A DNA stretch of 62,935 nt from an uncultured Eubacteriales bacterium (lineage in GTDB: Bacteria > Acidobacteriota > Aminicenantia > Aminicenantales > Saccharicenantaceae): NCBI GenBank assembly GCA_964544265.1, contig CAZJBD010000003.1, forward strand, positions 1-62,935, given 5' to 3'. Every line of letters starts with the position of its first letter. The stretch's first letter is position 1. The notes under the pieces are model-generated. The model saw only the letters and a program-made list of their open reading frames with translations. It ran no database searches and had not been told where the DNA came from. A program made the position numbers and the translations under genes. Shown in pieces: positions 1 through 9,576 of the stretch.

Positions 1-2962
1 GATAACGAGCGATGGATTCTCCCAGGATAGTAAGCTGGATGGAGAGAGAGTAGCCGCGAAGTGATTGTTCGAGAGATAATTGAGAGGCCAATATATCCCT
101 GGGGAGAATGTCTTTTTCGAGCTTGGCGAAGTTGGCAAAAAAATCATGCCAAGCTCGGCGCAAAAGGGTTGATTTTTCGGGTGGCGCTTTGATGATTTCG
201 GGCTGAAGCGCATCCAGATGCCTTCGGATATTCCTCACGGCGGTTACGGCCAAAGCCAATTTTTTAGAGACTTTAAGGAGTTGGCCAAGAAAGTCCTTTT
301 GGGCGGTCCATTGATCCTGGGGGAATTCGATACGCGGATCGGCGAGGACTTGCGCGGGACACGAGTAGACGGTCCCGCCTAAATTGATCTCCAGTGTATA
401 AACGCCAGGACGAACGCTCGGGAGCGAGGCGCCGATTCCCGAGGCCGGATATTTTTTTCCGTCTGCGGCCGCCGGCAGGAACTGAAAATTCCAGGTATCC
501 CTCTGGAGGCCGGCCTTCTGGTTGAGGTCGAATTCCGTTAGCGTCTCGCCCGCTCCCGCTCCGTCTTTGACCGCGATCCTCGTCTTTTCTTTGATGTCGA
601 TCTTGCTCCAGGTCGTGACCATGATCCCCAGCGGTGGATTTTTCCCCAGGAAGCCCGGCTTGCCGTAGAGTTCCCCCCTAACCGTGCTCCAGAAGAGGGT
701 CGCCGGCCTAGCTTTAAAAAGGTGGAAACTCGAGTTGAGGACCGTCTCGGACATCTCCTGGAGATACGAAACATCGTCCAGAATCCAGACTCCCCTGCCG
801 TGGGTTCCGATGATCAGGTCGTTTTCCCTTGGGTGGACGGCGATATCGTGGACGGCGACGGTCGGCAGGTTGTTTTTTAGAGTGAACCAGGTCGCTCCGC
901 CGTCCAGAGATGCAAAAACGCCGAATTCCGTGCCCGCGTAGAGGAGGTTCCTATTTTTGGGGTCCTCCCGGACGACATGTATCCAGCCGAAAGGCAGATT
1001 CCCTTTAATGGATTTCCATGATCTGCCGAAATCCATCGTTTTATAGAGGTAGGTTGCATAATCGTCCGTCCGGTGGCCGTCGAAAGCCGCGAAAGCGGTT
1101 CCCGGGTCGAAGTGCGAGGCTTCCACCCTGGAGCACCAGGTATGTTTGGGGAGACCCGGCACACCGGCGATGACGTTTGTCCAGCTCTTGCCGCCGTCCC
1201 GGCTCAGCTGGAGATTCCCATCGTCGGTTCCGCACCAGAGGGTCCCTTTATCCAACGGCGATTCGGCGATCGTTGTGATCGTGCAATGGACTTCGGCTCC
1301 GGAGATCTCGAAAGAAATCGGGCCTCTCGGATCCTTTTGTTTGGCCGGGTCGTTTGTGGTCAGGTCCGGGCTGATCGTTTCCCAGGAGTTCCCCTCGTCC
1401 GTTGTCCGGAAGAGAAAATTCCCGGCGCAATAGACCGTCTTTGGATCGTTGGGAGAAACCAGGACCGGAGAATTCCAGTTGAAGCGGTAAGGCGGTTCTT
1501 TCCAGGAAGCGGCCGGCCGAATGGACTTCGATCTGCCGATCCTCAGGTCGGTTCGGACGAGTCCGTTCATCTGCGAGTCGCTGTAGACCGTGTTCGGGTC
1601 GGAGGGGTCGGGTTTGACGAAAAATCCGTCTCCCCCGCCGACCGTCTCCCATTCTTCGTTGGCGATGCCCCGCGAGTCGAGAGAAGCGCTTGGGCCTCCC
1701 CAAGACCCGTTGTCCTGGAGGCCGCAATAAACATGATAGCGCGTCCTCATATCGAAGCCGACTTGGTAGACCTCGGCCAGGTCCAGGCTTTGGACCGCCT
1801 GCCAGGTTTTGCCGCCGTCGTAGGAGATATCGATCCCGCCGTCGTTTCCGTCGATGAGATGGAGGGAGTCGGACGGGTCGATCCAGAAACCATGGTGGTC
1901 GGGGTGGATCCCCGCCCCGATGGGCCTGAATTTTTCCCCCATGTCGTTCGAGACAAAAAGACCCGTGGAAAGAACATAAACCGTCTTATCGTCGTTGGGG
2001 TCCACGTGGATCTGGCTGTAGTAGAACGGGCGCGTATTGACCCGCTTGAACGTAGGCGTGTCGCACATCCTCTTCCAGCTTTCCCCGTAGTCCTCGGACC
2101 GCCAGATGCCTCCATCCTTGTGCTCGATCAGAGCATAAACGACGCCCGGCTTGCTCCGGGCGACTCCGATGCCGATCCGGCCCATGATCCCTTCGGGAAG
2201 GTCCTTTGAAAGCCGCCTCCAGGTCGCTCCGCTGTCATCGGATTTATAAAGGCCGCTTCCGGGCCCGCCGCCGGTGAATTCATAAGGCAGCCGTCTGTGC
2301 TCGTAGGCTGCCGCGTAAAGGACGAGAGAATTCCCGGGGTCCATGGAAATGTCCGCAAACCCAGTATTATCATTGACATAGAGAACTCTTGTCCACGATT
2401 TGCCGCCATCGAGGGTCCGGTAGATCCCTCGCTCGGGATTGGGTCCCCAGAGGTGTCCCATGGCGGCGACAAAAACGATGTTGGGGTCCCCCCTGTTGAT
2501 GAGGATCCGGCTGATATGCCGGGTTTCCTTGAGCCCCATATTTGTCCAGGTCTTGCCGGCGTCGACAGACTTGTAGACGCCATCGCCGATCGTGACGCTG
2601 TTCCGGCAGGTCGCTTCGCCGGTCCCTGCCCAGATGATGGAGGGATTGGATTGAGAGACGGCGATGTCGCCCACGGAGACTGTAGCTTCGTTGAAGAAAA
2701 CCGGAGTCCAGGTCGTTCCGTTGTTTTCGGACTTCCAGACCCCGCTCGGCCCTATGGCCGTATAGATTGTCGAAGGATGGCTCTCCACGACATCGATATC
2801 AACCGTCCGGCCGCCCATGACAGCCGGCCCGATCGCGCGCCATTGGAACTTGTCGAAAAGCCCCGCGACCTTGTCTGCGCTCTGGGCGCCAAGCTCCGCG
2901 GCTGCTGCGATCAGGACGAGCGCGATCGAAAACACAGCACAACACCTGGATTTGTTCTCCAT
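1..2962 (-). CDS. BNR/Asp-box repeat beta-propeller protein (sortilin/VPS10-like, GH74-like), secreted; C-terminus lies beyond the left edge
   Basis: Absent from the ORF track because there is no stop in the window. The minus-strand frame opened by ATG 2962..2960 (GAGGAGG upstream) stays open to position 1; I translated both ends and internal pieces by hand. N-terminus MENKSRCCAVFSIALVLIAAAAELGAQS is a signal peptide, followed by FQWRAIGPAVMGGR. Repeated SxDxGxTW Asp-boxes include YKSVDAGKTW (near 2548) and LSRDGGKSW (near 1190). The plus-strand ORFs 1073..2209 and 2297..3802 are antisense shadows. Confidence 0.8.
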   Translation of the reverse strand, partial: MENKSRCCAVFSIALVLIAAAAELGAQSADKVAGLFDKFQWRAIGPAVMGGRTVDIDVVESHPSTIYTAIGPSGVWKSENNGTTWTPVFFNEATVSVGDIAVSQSNPSIIWAGTGEATCRNSVTIGDGVYKSVDAGKTWTNMGLKETRHISRILINRGDPNIVFVAAMGHLWGPNPERGIYRTLDGGKSWTRVLYVNDNTGFADISMDPGNSLVLYAAAYEHRRLPYEFTGGGPGSGLYKSDDSGATWRRLSKDLPEGIMGRIGIGVARSKPGVVYALIEHKDGGIWRSEDYGESWKRMCDTPTFKRVNTRPFYYSQIHVDPNDDKTVYVLSTGLFVSNDMGEKFRPIGAGIHPDHHGFWIDPSDSLHLIDGNDGGIDISYDGGKTWQAVQSLDLAEVYQVGFDMRTRYHVYCGLQDNGSWGGPSASLDSRGIANEEWETVGGGDGFFVKPDPSDPNTVYSDSQMNGLVRTDLRIGRSKSIRPAASWKEPPYRFNWNSPVLVSPNDPKTVYCAGNFLFRTTDEGNSWETISPDLTTNDPAKQKDPRGPISFEISGAEVHCTITTIAESPLDKGTLWCGTDDGNLQLSRDGGKSWTNVIAGVPGLPKHTWCSRVEASHFDPGTAFAAFDGHRTDDYATYLYKTMDFGRSWKSIKGNLPFGWIHVVREDPKNRNLLYAGTEFGVFASLDGGATWFTLKNNLPTVAVHDIAVHPRENDLIIGTHGRGVWILDDVSYLQEMSETVLNSSFHLFKARPATLFWSTVRGELYGKPGFLGKNPPLGIMVTTWSKIDIKEKTRIAVKDGAGAGETLTEFDLNQKAGLQRDTWNFQFLPAAADGKKYPASGIGASLPSVRPGVYTLEINLGGTVYSCPAQVLADPRIEFPQDQWTAQKDFLGQLLKVSKKLALAVTAVRNIRRHLDALQPEIIKAPPEKSTLLRRAWHDFFANFAKLEKDILPRDILASQLSLEQSLRGYSLSIQLTILGESIARY

Positions 2963-2980
2963 GAGACCTCCTCGACTTCC

Positions 2981-4315
2981 TTACTCCCCGCCGATCTGCA
3001 TGAGCTTAATCCGAAAGGTCGGGGCCGTTATCGTCCGGTCAAGGTCGAGATCGTCGGCGACAAGGTCGATGCCGTTGAGCATCTCGTCGGCCGTCGAGGC
3101 GATCGTCAGCCCTTTGACGGGGAAAGCGACCTTGCCGTCCTCGATCCAAAAGCCCGAGGCGCCGCCGCTGAAGTTGCCGTTCACGGGATTGATGCCGTAG
3201 CCCGTGACCTCCTTCAGCCAAAGCCCGGTCTTGGTGGCCTTGATGATGTCCTCGGGTTTGGCCTGTCCGGCCGCCATATAGAAATTATGAGGCCCGATCC
3301 CGGGAAGGGAGGCAAATCCTTCCCGGGAGGCGTTCCCGGCGCTCTTCCTCCCGGCCCGCTTGGCGACGATCGTGTTGTACAGGAAACCTTTGAGAATGCC
3401 CATGTCGAGGATGATCCTTTTTTGGGTCGGAACGCCCTCCCCGTCGAACGGCTGGCTGCCCAACCCTTTTTCACGGGTGCCGTCGTCGACGAGCGTCACC
3501 AGCTCCGAGGCGATTCGCTGGTCCATCCTTTTGCCCAGGAAGCTCGCGCCCTGAAGCACGGACTCCCCGTCGATGGCCCCCAGGATTCCGCCCAGGAGGG
3601 CATAGGCCACGTCCCGATCGAATATCACGGCAGCCTTCTGGGTCTTTACCGGTCGGGGGTCGAGCATCGAATACGCATCGCGGGCCGCCTTGGCGGCGAC
3701 CTCCTCGGCCGGTTTGAGGTCGGTATAGAAGCGGCGGCCGCAACCTTCACCCCCCGACGACTTTTGCTCGCCCTTTTCGGCCACGACGGATACGAAGAAT
3801 GAACAGGCGGAGGATCTGGCGCTCTTCAACAGGCCGTGGGAATTGGCCAGGAAGACCTCCCCCTCCCCTTCTCCATAGCCGGAGCCCGCGCTCTTGGTGA
3901 TGCGGGGGTCCTGCATGGCGAGCTTTTCGACTTTCTTGGCCAGCTCGATCTTCGCGTCCATCGGTATTTTCGCGATGCTCTCGTCATAGAGCCCCCCGAC
4001 CTCGGTCATTCCTTTGTCTTCCGGAAGGACATTGTCGGGGTCGGCGGTCGAAATCCTGGCGAAATCGATGGCCCGGGAGATCGTGTCCTCGAAAGCTTTT
4101 TCGCTGAAGTCGTTACAGCTCGAGAACGCCATCCGGCCCTTGATGAAAACCCGGAAGCCGGCGCCGTAGGTCTCCGCCTCCTGGATGGTCTCGATCTCGC
4201 CGTTACGGACCTCAATGCTCAGGTTGCGGCCCGTCTCAAGATAGACCTCGGCCGCGTCGGCGCCCTTCTCGAGGCATTTCTTAACGAGTTGTTCGGAGAG
4301 TCCTTTGTAATCCAT
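2981..4315 (-). CDS. pmbA: TldE/PmbA family metalloprotease subunit, no signal peptide
   Basis: Internal ATG (M38 of the 481-aa ORF) preceded by GAGGAAAGGAAA. Product starts MDYKGLSEQLVKKCLEKGADAAEVYLE and shows full-length PmbA/TldE-type similarity. The 37-aa R-rich extension overlaps tldD and was rejected. Confidence 0.85.
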   Translation of the reverse strand: MDYKGLSEQLVKKCLEKGADAAEVYLETGRNLSIEVRNGEIETIQEAETYGAGFRVFIKGRMAFSSCNDFSEKAFEDTISRAIDFARISTADPDNVLPEDKGMTEVGGLYDESIAKIPMDAKIELAKKVEKLAMQDPRITKSAGSGYGEGEGEVFLANSHGLLKSARSSACSFFVSVVAEKGEQKSSGGEGCGRRFYTDLKPAEEVAAKAARDAYSMLDPRPVKTQKAAVIFDRDVAYALLGGILGAIDGESVLQGASFLGKRMDQRIASELVTLVDDGTREKGLGSQPFDGEGVPTQKRIILDMGILKGFLYNTIVAKRAGRKSAGNASREGFASLPGIGPHNFYMAAGQAKPEDIIKATKTGLWLKEVTGYGINPVNGNFSGGASGFWIEDGKVAFPVKGLTIASTADEMLNGIDLVADDLDLDRTITAPTFRIKLMQIGGE

Positions 4316-4332
4316 GATCGTTTCCTTTCCTC

Positions 4333-5865
4333 TCAGCCCCTGGCCCTCGTCCCGCCGACGTTGATGCCGCGAATCCGGACGGTCGGTTGGCCGGCATCGA
4401 CCTCGGCGGCCTGTCCCTTGCCGCATATTCCCGGGCCAAAGTCCAGATCGTCGCCGACGGCGTCGATGTTGGAAATGATGTCCAGGCAGCTTCCGATCAG
4501 GGTTGCTCCCTTGACCGGGGTCGTCTTTTTTCCGCCCTCGATGAGGTAAGCCTCCCGGCAGGAGAAGTTGAACACGCCGTCCGTCGGGTTGACGCTGCCG
4601 ACGCTCAGGCTCTGGACATAGATCCCGCTCGGGGTCGAGGTCAGGATGTCGGCGGGTTTACTTGTCCCTTTTTCGATGAACGTGTTCGTCATCCTGGGGA
4701 TCGGAATGTAGCGGAAGCTTTCCCGGCGGCCGTTTCCGGTCCGTTCCATCTCGAGTTGCTTGGCCGACAGGATATCGCTCATGAACGTCATCAGGATGCC
4801 GTCCTTGATGAGGACGTTGCGCTTCATCTGCGTCCCTTCGTCATCGAAGTCCGTCGTTCCTCGGGCGCAGGCGAGCGACCCGTCATCGACCATGGTGAAG
4901 ACCTCGCTGGCAACCTTCTTGCCCAGCTTGCCCACGAAAACACCCGTCTTGCGGGCGATGTTGTCGGCTTCGAGGGGATGTCCGACGGCTTCGTGGACCA
5001 GAACCCCGCCCCAGCCGTTCTGCATGACGACGTCCATCTTTCCAGCCGGCGCGTCCTTGGCCTCCAGCATGGCGACGGACTCCCGGGCGCAGGCCCTGGC
5101 CACGTCCTCGGGCCTGACCTCGTCAAAAAGCTCCAGGCCGGCGTGCCGGCTGAGCCGCTCGCGGCCCATGTGGGACGTGCCGTTGCCGACGCCCAACGCC
5201 TGGACGATGAAGAAGATTAATGGCAGTTCTTTATTGAGATAGAGGCCCTCGCTGTTGGCGATCGTCCGGCCCCGGACTTCGTCGTAATAGTTGACCGAAG
5301 CCATTTTGATCTTCGGGTCGTAAGCGAGGGCGGCGTCGTGGGCGCGCTTGATGATTTCCATGCGTTTCTCGTCGGCGACGCTGCCCAGCGGGATTTTCAC
5401 GCTGACAAAGGACGGCCGGTTCTCCTCCCGAATGTCGATCGGTTTCCGAGCTTTAGTCCCCCGGGCGATATAGGACGCGACCTCGGCCGCCCGGAAGAGC
5501 TTGTCCTCAGAGATTTCGTCTGAATACGCATACCCCGTCTTGTCTCCTGAGATGACTCGCACGCCGGCGCCTTGACTGATCCCGAAAACGGCATTCTTAA
5601 ACTTGGCTTCCTCCATCAGGATCGTCCGGGAGGTCCGATGCTCGACATAGACCTCGGCGAATTCCCCTCCCTGCTCTAGGGCTCTACGGATGACCTTATT
5701 GAGGACATCCGGCGCAAGCGCTGGCGCCTGCTGTTGGACCGGACCTCCGGCGAGGGCCCGGCCGAGAAGCGACGGCGCCGCTGCGATGGCGATCCCGCCT
5801 TTTAAGCCTAGTTCCAGAAACTTGCGTCGAGGCATGTCCTCGATGAAATAGCGTGGAAGAATCAT
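4333..5865 (-). CDS. tldD: TldD family metalloprotease with twin-arginine signal
   Basis: HEAVGH (HExxxH) motif and TldD-type sequence. Start chosen at M15 (ATG 5865, AAGGGGGAG upstream) because a TATAAT/TTGAAA promoter overlaps the longer ORF start. N-terminus MILPRYFIEDMPRRKFLELGLKGGIAIAAAPSLLGRALA has an RRxFL Tat motif, an h-region and an AxA site. Confidence 0.85.
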   Translation of the reverse strand: MILPRYFIEDMPRRKFLELGLKGGIAIAAAPSLLGRALAGGPVQQQAPALAPDVLNKVIRRALEQGGEFAEVYVEHRTSRTILMEEAKFKNAVFGISQGAGVRVISGDKTGYAYSDEISEDKLFRAAEVASYIARGTKARKPIDIREENRPSFVSVKIPLGSVADEKRMEIIKRAHDAALAYDPKIKMASVNYYDEVRGRTIANSEGLYLNKELPLIFFIVQALGVGNGTSHMGRERLSRHAGLELFDEVRPEDVARACARESVAMLEAKDAPAGKMDVVMQNGWGGVLVHEAVGHPLEADNIARKTGVFVGKLGKKVASEVFTMVDDGSLACARGTTDFDDEGTQMKRNVLIKDGILMTFMSDILSAKQLEMERTGNGRRESFRYIPIPRMTNTFIEKGTSKPADILTSTPSGIYVQSLSVGSVNPTDGVFNFSCREAYLIEGGKKTTPVKGATLIGSCLDIISNIDAVGDDLDFGPGICGKGQAAEVDAGQPTVRIRGINVGGTRARG

Positions 5866-5905
5866 GATCTCCCCCTTTCGGGATGGATTGGTGACATGAG
5901 CGCTC

Positions 5906-5935
5906 ATTATATCGTATCGCGCGGTCGTTTTTCAA
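5906..5935 (-). promoter_or_regulatory. Candidate sigma70-type promoter for tldD-pmbA
   Basis: On the minus strand: TTGAAA (5935..5930), 18-nt spacer, TATAAT (5911..5906), about 40 nt upstream of ATG 5865. Confidence 0.35.
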
Positions 5936-6224
5936 AGCCCCCGCTCCGCCCAGAAGCACCTCTTTTCGTGTAAGAAAGAGTTGAGGCTCGGGGCGTGCCC
6001 TCTGTCGGCCGCGGCCTGCCCCGGCGAGCCAGGCCGCTTCGGCTCCGGTCTCCGCTCTCCTCTCCCTCCGGTCGAGGACCCGTGCCCGCTCCGACCTTCG
6101 ACTGCCTCCTCCGGGCATCGCCCCTGCGCCATTCTCTCTATCACGCCAAAAAAAGAAAAAATCGTTTCCCGTTCAGGCGCCGATTGTTTTACAATAGGGC
6201 CCGATAAAGTCGCCGGAAACTCTT

Positions 6225-8003
6225 ATGGCCAAGAAACACACGATCGAGGTCCTATCCCCTGCCGCGACGCTCAGGGCCGGGGACGGCAATCTTCTTGCGG
6301 ACGTCCTTGAATCCGCGGGGATCCCCCTCAGCCTTTACTGCGGCCGGAGGGGGGTTTGCGGCAAGTGCTTCGTGGAAATCGTCCGGGGAACGCTTCCGCC
6401 CCTCCGAGATGAGGAGGTCTCTCTCCTCGGTAAGAAAAACTTCTCTTTAAGGCATCGATTGGCGTGTCTCTACAAGGTGCACGGCGATCTCGCCGTGAGG
6501 ATTCCTGAAGGATCGCTTCTCAAGCAAGTGGCGGTTCTCGATACGGGCATTCCGGCGCCCATTTTTCCCGAACCCGCCGTAAGGAAGGTCGCCTTCGACC
6601 TCCCCTCCCCTACCCTCGCAACACCATTTTCACTCGTCGAAGCCCTGGAAAGGAGGTTGGCCAAGCGCCTTCGTGTTTCCATCCGCTCGGCCCGCCGGCT
6701 CTCCGAAATTTCAAAACAAAACGAGGGCCGCATTTCGGCCGTCATCCTTGACGATCAGGACCTCTTGGACGTCGAGTCCGGTGACACGGCGGATAAGTGC
6801 TACGGGGTCGCCGTGGACATCGGCACGAGCACCGTGGTCGTGGAGTTGGTCGACCTGGACTCCGGGAGGGGCCTCGACCGTTTGGCCGCGATGAACGCCC
6901 AGGTTCCGTTCGGCTCCGATGTCGTCTCCAGAATCACGTTCGCTTTCCAGGACCGCGCGAACCTGAAGCGCCTCGGTGACGTCGTCCGGGAGCAAATCGA
7001 TAGGATGATCCAGGATCTTTGCCGCGCCCGGAGGGTCGCCCCGGAACACATCTATGAGATCGTGGTCGCCGGGAACACCGCCATGAACCACATCTTTTTC
7101 GGCGTTCCGGTTTCGACGCTGGCCCTCTCACCGTTTTATGGGATCTATGCCTCCTCGCCTGAAGCTCGCGCGGCCGACCTTGGCCTCGGGGTCTGTCCCG
7201 CGGCCCGGGTCTATGCCGCGCCCAACATCGGGAGCTTCGTCGGCGGAGATATTTCGGCTGGGCTTGCGGCTGTTGGGCTGGAGAGCAAGGACGGCCATTT
7301 CCTATTCATCGACCTGGGAACGAACGGAGAGATCGTCCTGAAAAAGGGCCGCCGTTCTATGGCGACCTCGACGGCCGCGGGACCCGCCTTCGAGGGCATG
7401 ACCATCAGCTGCGGCATGCTGGCCCTGCCCGGGGCCATAGGAATTGCCAAATGGAAAGGGGGCGGCTTTACGGTCAAGACGATCGGCGAGGGACCCGCTC
7501 AGGGAGTATGCGGTTCGGGCCTTATCGACGTTCTCGCCCTTTCCCTCAGGAAAGGACTCGTCTCTCCGGACGGGAGGATCGCGGCCTCTTCTAAAACGAT
7601 CCCCATCATCGGAGAAATCGTTCTAACCCAGTCGGACGTCCGCAAAATGCAGCTGGCCGTAGCCGCCATCAAGAGCGGCGTCCTGATGATGCTCGACATG
7701 GCCAAGCTCGGGGTTTCCGATCTGGAAGGGATCTTCGTCGCGGGCGCGTTCGGTGCATCCCTCAACGTCCGGAACGCGATGACCGTGGGGCTTCTTCCCT
7801 CCATCCCCGAGGACAAGGTCGTTTTTGTCGGGAATTCCTCGCTTGCGGGGGCCAGGAAGCTCCTTCTTTCGGCGTTGGAGCGTCGGAGGATTGAATCCTA
7901 CGCGAGGACAATCAAGCACGTTTCGCTGGCTTCAGGCCGGGCCTTTCAAGACCGATTCATAGCGGCCCTGGAGCTCAAACCCTATTCAGGAGGAAGGGCA
8001 TGA
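6225..8003 (+). CDS. Reductive activator of corrinoid proteins (RACo-type): N-terminal 2Fe-2S ferredoxin plus ASKHA ATPase
   Basis: Cys motif CGRRGVCGKC...C. ASKHA phosphate loops VAVDIGTSTVVV and FIDLGTNGEIV. 592 aa, typical for the corrinoid activation/regeneration family. The stop overlaps the next start (ATGA at 8000..8003). Confidence 0.8.
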   Translation: MAKKHTIEVLSPAATLRAGDGNLLADVLESAGIPLSLYCGRRGVCGKCFVEIVRGTLPPLRDEEVSLLGKKNFSLRHRLACLYKVHGDLAVRIPEGSLLKQVAVLDTGIPAPIFPEPAVRKVAFDLPSPTLATPFSLVEALERRLAKRLRVSIRSARRLSEISKQNEGRISAVILDDQDLLDVESGDTADKCYGVAVDIGTSTVVVELVDLDSGRGLDRLAAMNAQVPFGSDVVSRITFAFQDRANLKRLGDVVREQIDRMIQDLCRARRVAPEHIYEIVVAGNTAMNHIFFGVPVSTLALSPFYGIYASSPEARAADLGLGVCPAARVYAAPNIGSFVGGDISAGLAAVGLESKDGHFLFIDLGTNGEIVLKKGRRSMATSTAAGPAFEGMTISCGMLALPGAIGIAKWKGGGFTVKTIGEGPAQGVCGSGLIDVLALSLRKGLVSPDGRIAASSKTIPIIGEIVLTQSDVRKMQLAVAAIKSGVLMMLDMAKLGVSDLEGIFVAGAFGASLNVRNAMTVGLLPSIPEDKVVFVGNSSLAGARKLLLSALERRRIESYARTIKHVSLASGRAFQDRFIAALELKPYSGGRA

Positions 8004-8884
8004 AACAGACGATTCTCGATCTCATTAAAAAACGGACGGTCCTTTTCGACGGCGGCCTGGGGACCGAACTCATGCGGCACGGCCTCCCGCTGGGGACCTC
8101 GCCGGAGACATGGAACGCCGAGCGGCCCGACATCGTTCAAAAAATCCACGCTGGCTACTTCGAGGCGGGATCGGATGTCGTTTCGACGAACAGCTTCGGC
8201 GGGAACCGAATCAAGCTGGCCGCCCATGGCCTGGAAGGGCGCGTCCGCGAGCTTAACTCGGCCGCGGCCCGCATCGCCCGCCGGGCGGCTCCGGCTGGGA
8301 AGTTTGTTGCCGGAAGCATGGGCCCCACGGGCAAGTTTCTCCAACCCCAAGGGGAATATACCGAGCTGGAGTTCGAAGAAACCTACAGCGAGCAGGCTGC
8401 TGCCCTGATCGAGGGCGGAGTCGACCTTCTGATTATCGAAACGCAATACGACCTTAAGGAAGCCCTGGCGGCCCTGAGGGGCGCCAAGCGCGCAGCGCCA
8501 TCCCTGCCCATTTTCGTCACCATGACCTTCAACAAACTCCCCCGCGGCTATTTTACCCTGATGGGGAACACGGTCTCTCTCAGCGCCGAGCTGCTGGAAA
8601 AAGGAGGGGCGCGGGCCGTGGGCGCCAATTGCACCCTCAACAGCGAGGACATGGTCGGGCTGGTCCGGGCCTTACGAGAGGCGACGAAGCTTCCAGTCAT
8701 CGCTCAGGCCAACGCCGGGAAGCCGGAGCTTTCGGGCAAGGGGGAGGTTTCTTATTCGCAGGGACTGGAAGATTACGTCCGGTTCGTCCCGGATATCATC
8801 AAGGCAGGTGCGAATATCATCGGCGGTTGCTGCGGAACCGACCCCGGGTATATCCGGAAAATGGCAGAATTCATTAAAAAATAG
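8000..8884 (+). CDS. Stand-alone homocysteine S-methyltransferase domain protein (MetH Hcy-barrel-like, Zn-dependent thiol methyltransferase)
   Basis: LFDGGLGTEL N-terminal motif, GANCT and GGCCGT Zn-ligand cysteine motifs, AGGAGG upstream, 294 aa. Confidence 0.8.
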   Translation: MKQTILDLIKKRTVLFDGGLGTELMRHGLPLGTSPETWNAERPDIVQKIHAGYFEAGSDVVSTNSFGGNRIKLAAHGLEGRVRELNSAAARIARRAAPAGKFVAGSMGPTGKFLQPQGEYTELEFEETYSEQAAALIEGGVDLLIIETQYDLKEALAALRGAKRAAPSLPIFVTMTFNKLPRGYFTLMGNTVSLSAELLEKGGARAVGANCTLNSEDMVGLVRALREATKLPVIAQANAGKPELSGKGEVSYSQGLEDYVRFVPDIIKAGANIIGGCCGTDPGYIRKMAEFIKK

Positions 8885-8909
8885 ACATTATCATCGAAAG
8901 GAGGAAAAA

Positions 8910-9560
8910 ATGGTCCGGGAAGAGCTATTCAGCAACATCAAGAAGGCCATCGTGGAAGGAGACAAACCGCGGGCCCAGGAGCTGGCCAGACAAGCCATCC
9001 GCTCAGGAGTCGACCTCAACGAGGTTATTGACAAAGGGTACGTGCCGGGGATCCAGGCCGTTGGGGAGCTGTGGGAAAAAGGGGACTATTTCCTGCCTGA
9101 ACTCATTACCAGCGCCGAATGTATGAAGGCAGCCATGGACATCCTGCAGCCGGAGATGGCCAAAGCGAACATCAAATCCAGGTCTTTGGGAAAGGTCGTG
9201 ATCGGGACGGTCGAAGGCGACATCCACGACATCGGCAAGAATCTGGTGGCCTCGATGCTCCAGGCCAACGGCTTCGAGGTCTTTGACCTCGGCGCCGACG
9301 TCAAGCTGGAGAGGTTCATCGAGAAGGCCGAGACCGAAAAGGCGGACCTCATCTGCCTCTCGGCCCTGTTGACAACGACCATGCTCAACCAGAAGCGGCT
9401 CATCGAAATGCTCAGGCAAAAAGGCTTCTACGGGAAATACAAGGTTCTTGTGGGAGGCGCGCCGGCTACCCGGAAGTGGGCCGAGGACATCGGGGCCCAT
9501 GGATATGCCGAGAACGCTGCCCTAGCGGTGAAGGCGGCCAAGGCCGCAACGGCCAAGTGA
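8910..9560 (+). CDS. Corrinoid (cobalamin)-binding protein, MtgC/MtqC/MetH Cob-domain-like
   Basis: Internal ATG 8910 preceded by AAAGGAGGA. Has the B12-binding cap helix region, then GDIHDIGKN (DxHxxG), SALLTT (SxL) and LVGGAP (GG). Confidence 0.85.
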   Translation: MVREELFSNIKKAIVEGDKPRAQELARQAIRSGVDLNEVIDKGYVPGIQAVGELWEKGDYFLPELITSAECMKAAMDILQPEMAKANIKSRSLGKVVIGTVEGDIHDIGKNLVASMLQANGFEVFDLGADVKLERFIEKAETEKADLICLSALLTTTMLNQKRLIEMLRQKGFYGKYKVLVGGAPATRKWAEDIGAHGYAENAALAVKAAKAATAK

Positions 9561-9576
9561 GCGAGGAGAAAATATC

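Noticed and set aside
1073-3802. Long plus-strand ORFs 1073..2209 (378 aa) and 2297..3802 (501 aa)
   Set aside because: They lie antisense to the BNR-repeat and pmbA genes. Their composition is R/G/D/V/P-rich, low-complexity and without motifs. These are typical shadow ORFs of GC-rich DNA. The minus-strand frames carry clear family motifs and SD sequences.
5866-5907. Longer TldD start (MSAHVTNPSRKGEI...)
   Set aside because: A TATAAT/TTGAAA promoter (5906..5935) overlaps this start. ATG 5865 has a strong SD and begins the Tat signal.
5936-6224. Cobalamin riboswitch upstream of the corrinoid operon
   Set aside because: I could not find a B12 box or the conserved GGGAA...GGTG...AATC core on either strand. 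An Rfam scan would settle this.
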